Shown: positions 60,746 through 64,000 of the stretch, in pieces
Position numbering within the stretch: position 1 is the stretch's first letter
Layout: the number at the start of each line of letters is the position of its first letter
Assembly: GCA_028534125.1 (NCBI GenBank)
Contig: CM052841.1
Coordinates: forward strand, 11,284,001-11,348,000
Direction: 5' to 3'
DNA: 64,000 nt
DNA from: Lama glama
Lineage: Eukaryota
Position numbers and translations under genes: made by a program
The notes under the pieces: generated by a model
Seen by the model: the letters and a program-made list of their open reading frames with translations, nothing else
Database searches by the model: none
What the model was told of the DNA's origin: nothing

Positions 60746-61899
60746 AAAAAAAGAAAAGAAAAAAGGTTAAACAGGGTCTCCTCCAATTCCCACTCTATAA
60801 ATCCTCTGAATTATTTTTAAAATACTGAACTACATTAACAAAGACATTCATAATTCAGCTAACTTGGGCAAATCCAGTTGGTTTAAGTTCTGTGCTATAT
60901 TAGATCCCCTTCCAAACAGAGGATATCCTGACATACGATAGGTTAAGTGTACCATTCAAGACATGTGCATTCTCAGGTTTCTTGATTGTCCTCTCTCATG
61001 AACTACTCATTACCTCGAATTCACCAAATCACTGTCATCATTATTTTAACATAGCAAGAAGTTTAGAGAAAGGGGAAGGTTGAAAGAATTTTAGGGACAT
61101 CTGCCCTGGCATTGCTGAGCCATTGTGTAAACATCACCAGCTGCCTTTCTCTGGGCTTTCTGCTATGTAAAAACAGTGAGCACCTATTTGTTTGTTTAAA
61201 TCAATGATTTTGTGTTTTCTGCTGCTTGTAATTGTAACTGACTGATCGTTTGCCCATGACCTTTATTCAGCAGTCAACAAAGACTCATAGACCTCTGTCA
61301 GAGTGCCATGTGAGGTGCTAGTCACTGGATTCAAAGGGAAGTGACCCCTGGGCCCTTCAGAGAGTGCTCAGCCTCAGTCTTAAGGTCTTAAAGAACCTTG
61401 GCTGCAGCCTAGTGGGAAAAGTTAAATGCTCCTGTTTCTTCCTTCCGTTTCTTTTCCTGAGGGCTAGAACTCTGAGGTGGAGCCACGGGAATGATGGGAG
61501 GACAGCTGGCTCAGGAGGAGCAGCCTGGGGTAACTTAACGCCTGAATTGAGCTCCTCCTGCGCTGCTCTGAGGGTGTGGTGCTGGGATCTTGGTGGCACC
61601 TCTACTTGCTGATTTAGCTGCTGAGAGAGAAGAGGTGTAGGTAGTGTTTACATTGCTTTGTTGAGAATGTTAAATACCATTAATTTTCTGAGTACTTTAT
61701 TTAGCTTTATTTATTTAAAAGGTACACCGCCACTGTAAACTGTGACTCAGATATTTAGAGATTTCTATTTAAAAACCATGTGCATGCTTTTTTTTAAGAT
61801 GCATATTTGAAGTGGCAGTTTATTCCCAAATACCTTTATAATCAATATTAATATTTTCAGGGAATATGATATATATATTCTTTCCAAAACTATATGTAA

Positions 61900-62075
61900 A
61901 CTGTATGCTTAAAAAAACCTCTGTAAAATAAAAATTTTAAGAGAAATCCCTAAAGGAAATACACCAAATGATTATATAATGGCATTGGATGTGGAAGTTT
62001 TGTGTGATCAAATCTTCTTTCTACTTTTTTGACTTTATTCTAATTTTATTGTAATTAGGAAGTATTTTTATACTC
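61900..62075 (+). mobile_element. Ancient L1 (L1ME-like) terminal fragment
   Basis: 'aaaggaaatacaccaaatg', AT-rich tail 'ttctaattttattgtaat...tattttta'. Confidence 0.5.
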
Positions 62076-64000
62076 TAAGAAGAATGAGGGTAAGGAATTG
62101 TGTACCGACTCATGACAAATGAATTGACATAGAAGCAGCAGAACCATTTTTAATGTGTTTATATAAATAGATCTGTATAATTATTATTAAGCATCATATG
62201 CAGATACTGCTAAAAAGAACAGTTCTGTTTACTTAAATTGAAGTTGAATTTTATTATAATATATAACACAGAAAGTTAGATCATATTCTAGAGAGAATGA
62301 GATAACAAGTGGCATTAAAGCACACCTGTGTATTATGTATCTGTGCATTAATACCTGTCTGTTTATTAAGCAGATGGTGCTACATATCCAAAGCTTTGGT
62401 ATCAATAACAGAAAAATGCTGATACCTTGTTTCTGGGACCTTGAACAGGGAGAAAAGACTATATTCTCCACTTACTCTTTTTATGTAATAGATTGCAGAA
62501 TCTTCTATTGAGTGACCCTTTCCCTGCATCTGATTCCTGAATTGAATTTTCGATTCTTGAATCCAGAAAGCTACTCCAAGAAGATCATGCAGTCATGTCT
62601 TTGAGAGTTTGAAGTCCCAGCTTTTAATTTGAAAAGATAAAGATACAGAGGCTTTGTGATAAAAGGATTTTATTCAACTATTTCATAAACAGTGCTTACA
62701 CTCTTACTTGAGGTTACAAAGAGGATTAAGTGATGGGTCCTGTGTTTCCAAAATATAGTGCTGGGGAGTGGTTCCAGTGGAGGAGCAACAGGCAAACTCA
62801 GTTCATGGGAAACCAATGGTGGGAAAGGGTCCCCTGTGAAGACTGAAAATACCCACTGATGGCAGCTGAGGCAGAAAGGAGACATTGGTGATCTTCACTC
62901 GGGTAGATTTTTTTCAGAAGGATGGGAACAGAAATCAGTACGTTGAGGGTGCAGAGAGGTGAGGAGGGGCCAGCACTGAATATGAGAGTCTTCTGCAAGG
63001 GTGAATCAGGTGCTGGGACCAGAATTCATCTCCCTACGCCCCGGTTATTACTCATTCTACTAAAGCATGTTGAAAGTTCATTGAATGCAGAGTTCCGGCA
63101 GTGTTAAAATTTAGTCATGCCATTTTATAGTCCCCAGGAAGAGTAGCATGTTAAGTCTTTACAGCCCCTTGGTAGAGTTTGTGGACCCCGTTCCCTAAAT
63201 GTGTGCCAGGCTCCCTGCAGCAGGCGTGGAAGGGCTCAGTGGAAACAGGGACTCTAGTTTTATGTACTGCTTTTGTGTTGATGTGCCTGGTCACCTCCTT
63301 CCAACCCCAACCCCTGTTTTATTGTCTCTGAGAGTAAACCACAGATCCTGCCAATGCCCCTGCCAATGCCTACACTTGGCAGTGCCTGGCAGTTCCCACT
63401 CTTTCTCTCAAACTTTGGAAAGTTCACTGGCCAGAGTTAGGCCAGTTAAGCCTCGTTACTTCCAGCAAGCTGTGCCCTTCCATTCCTGTCAAATTGTTGT
63501 CTCTACGTCCCAAATTCCCTGACTCCTCCGCAATTCCTCACCTCTGGTTCCTCCAAATGTTAACGCCCCCTGGATTTTTTCCATTGTGCGCTCAGAAACC
63601 TTCCTTGCTTTGTTAACGATTACTGACACCCTCAACCTTTTATCAAAATGCAATTCAGCCATAATTTAAAATCTGTCTTCCTCAGGATACTGTTTCCCCT
63701 GATTGCTCTGTAGTGAAGGCTGATGTTCCCCTAAACGCCATGTTTTCTGGGACCTGGAAGGAGACTTGTCACTCCCCTAAATTCCTAAAGAATTCCCAGG
63801 CCATTAGCCATTCTTTTGCATTTTAAACACCTCCTACTTTGAGGATCAAGTTTCTGGGTTCTGTCCCCTTGACCCTTCTACTTCGCTGTTGTCCACTGGC
63901 ATGCCTCTCTCTTCCATTGAAATGTTGCTGGAAAATGGGGCATGAAAGAATAGTCATGTGCCAGGTCTTGTGCGAGTCTCTGGGACATGCCCTGCCAAGT

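Noticed and set aside
1-64000. CRISPR arrays, operons, intact transposase/RT genes, rRNA or a nameable host gene
   Set aside because: None seen. The DNA is mammalian and non-coding, all elements are non-autonomous or decayed, and no visible exon permits gene identification.

Overview
Mammalian non-coding DNA, most likely camelid (Camelus or Vicugna/Lama). The assignment rests on three tRNA-derived Vic-1-type SINEs, a short lineage-type L1 3' fragment and artiodactyl-style Tigger deletion derivatives, with no Alu, B1 or Bov-tA seen. I find no supportable protein-coding exon and none of the listed ORFs looks real. Much of the window is decayed transposons: MIR, L2, L3/CR1, L1M, MaLR/MLT1, MLT2, LTR16/33, MER21, MER67, a MER41-like solo LTR, and hAT/Tigger DNA elements. 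Family names come from recalled consensus sequences, not a search, and boundaries are approximate unless a TSD/TIR is quoted. Mostly antisense MaLRs and SINEs, and + strand splice signals, suggest a large intron of a + strand gene that I cannot name. The best leads are: (i) three 130-150 nt N blocks (35882-36011, 43460-43591, 46250-46399) in unique, promoter/exon-like sequence with Kozak- or splice-like edges, possibly a tandem array of alternative first exons; (ii) an 80-bp CpG-retaining (CGTG)n array with 13 GCGTG (AhR/HIF core) motifs about 500 bp downstream of the first block; (iii) several repeat-free motif clusters resembling enhancers; (iv) nested transposon insertions. No novel biological system can be demonstrated from the sequence alone.
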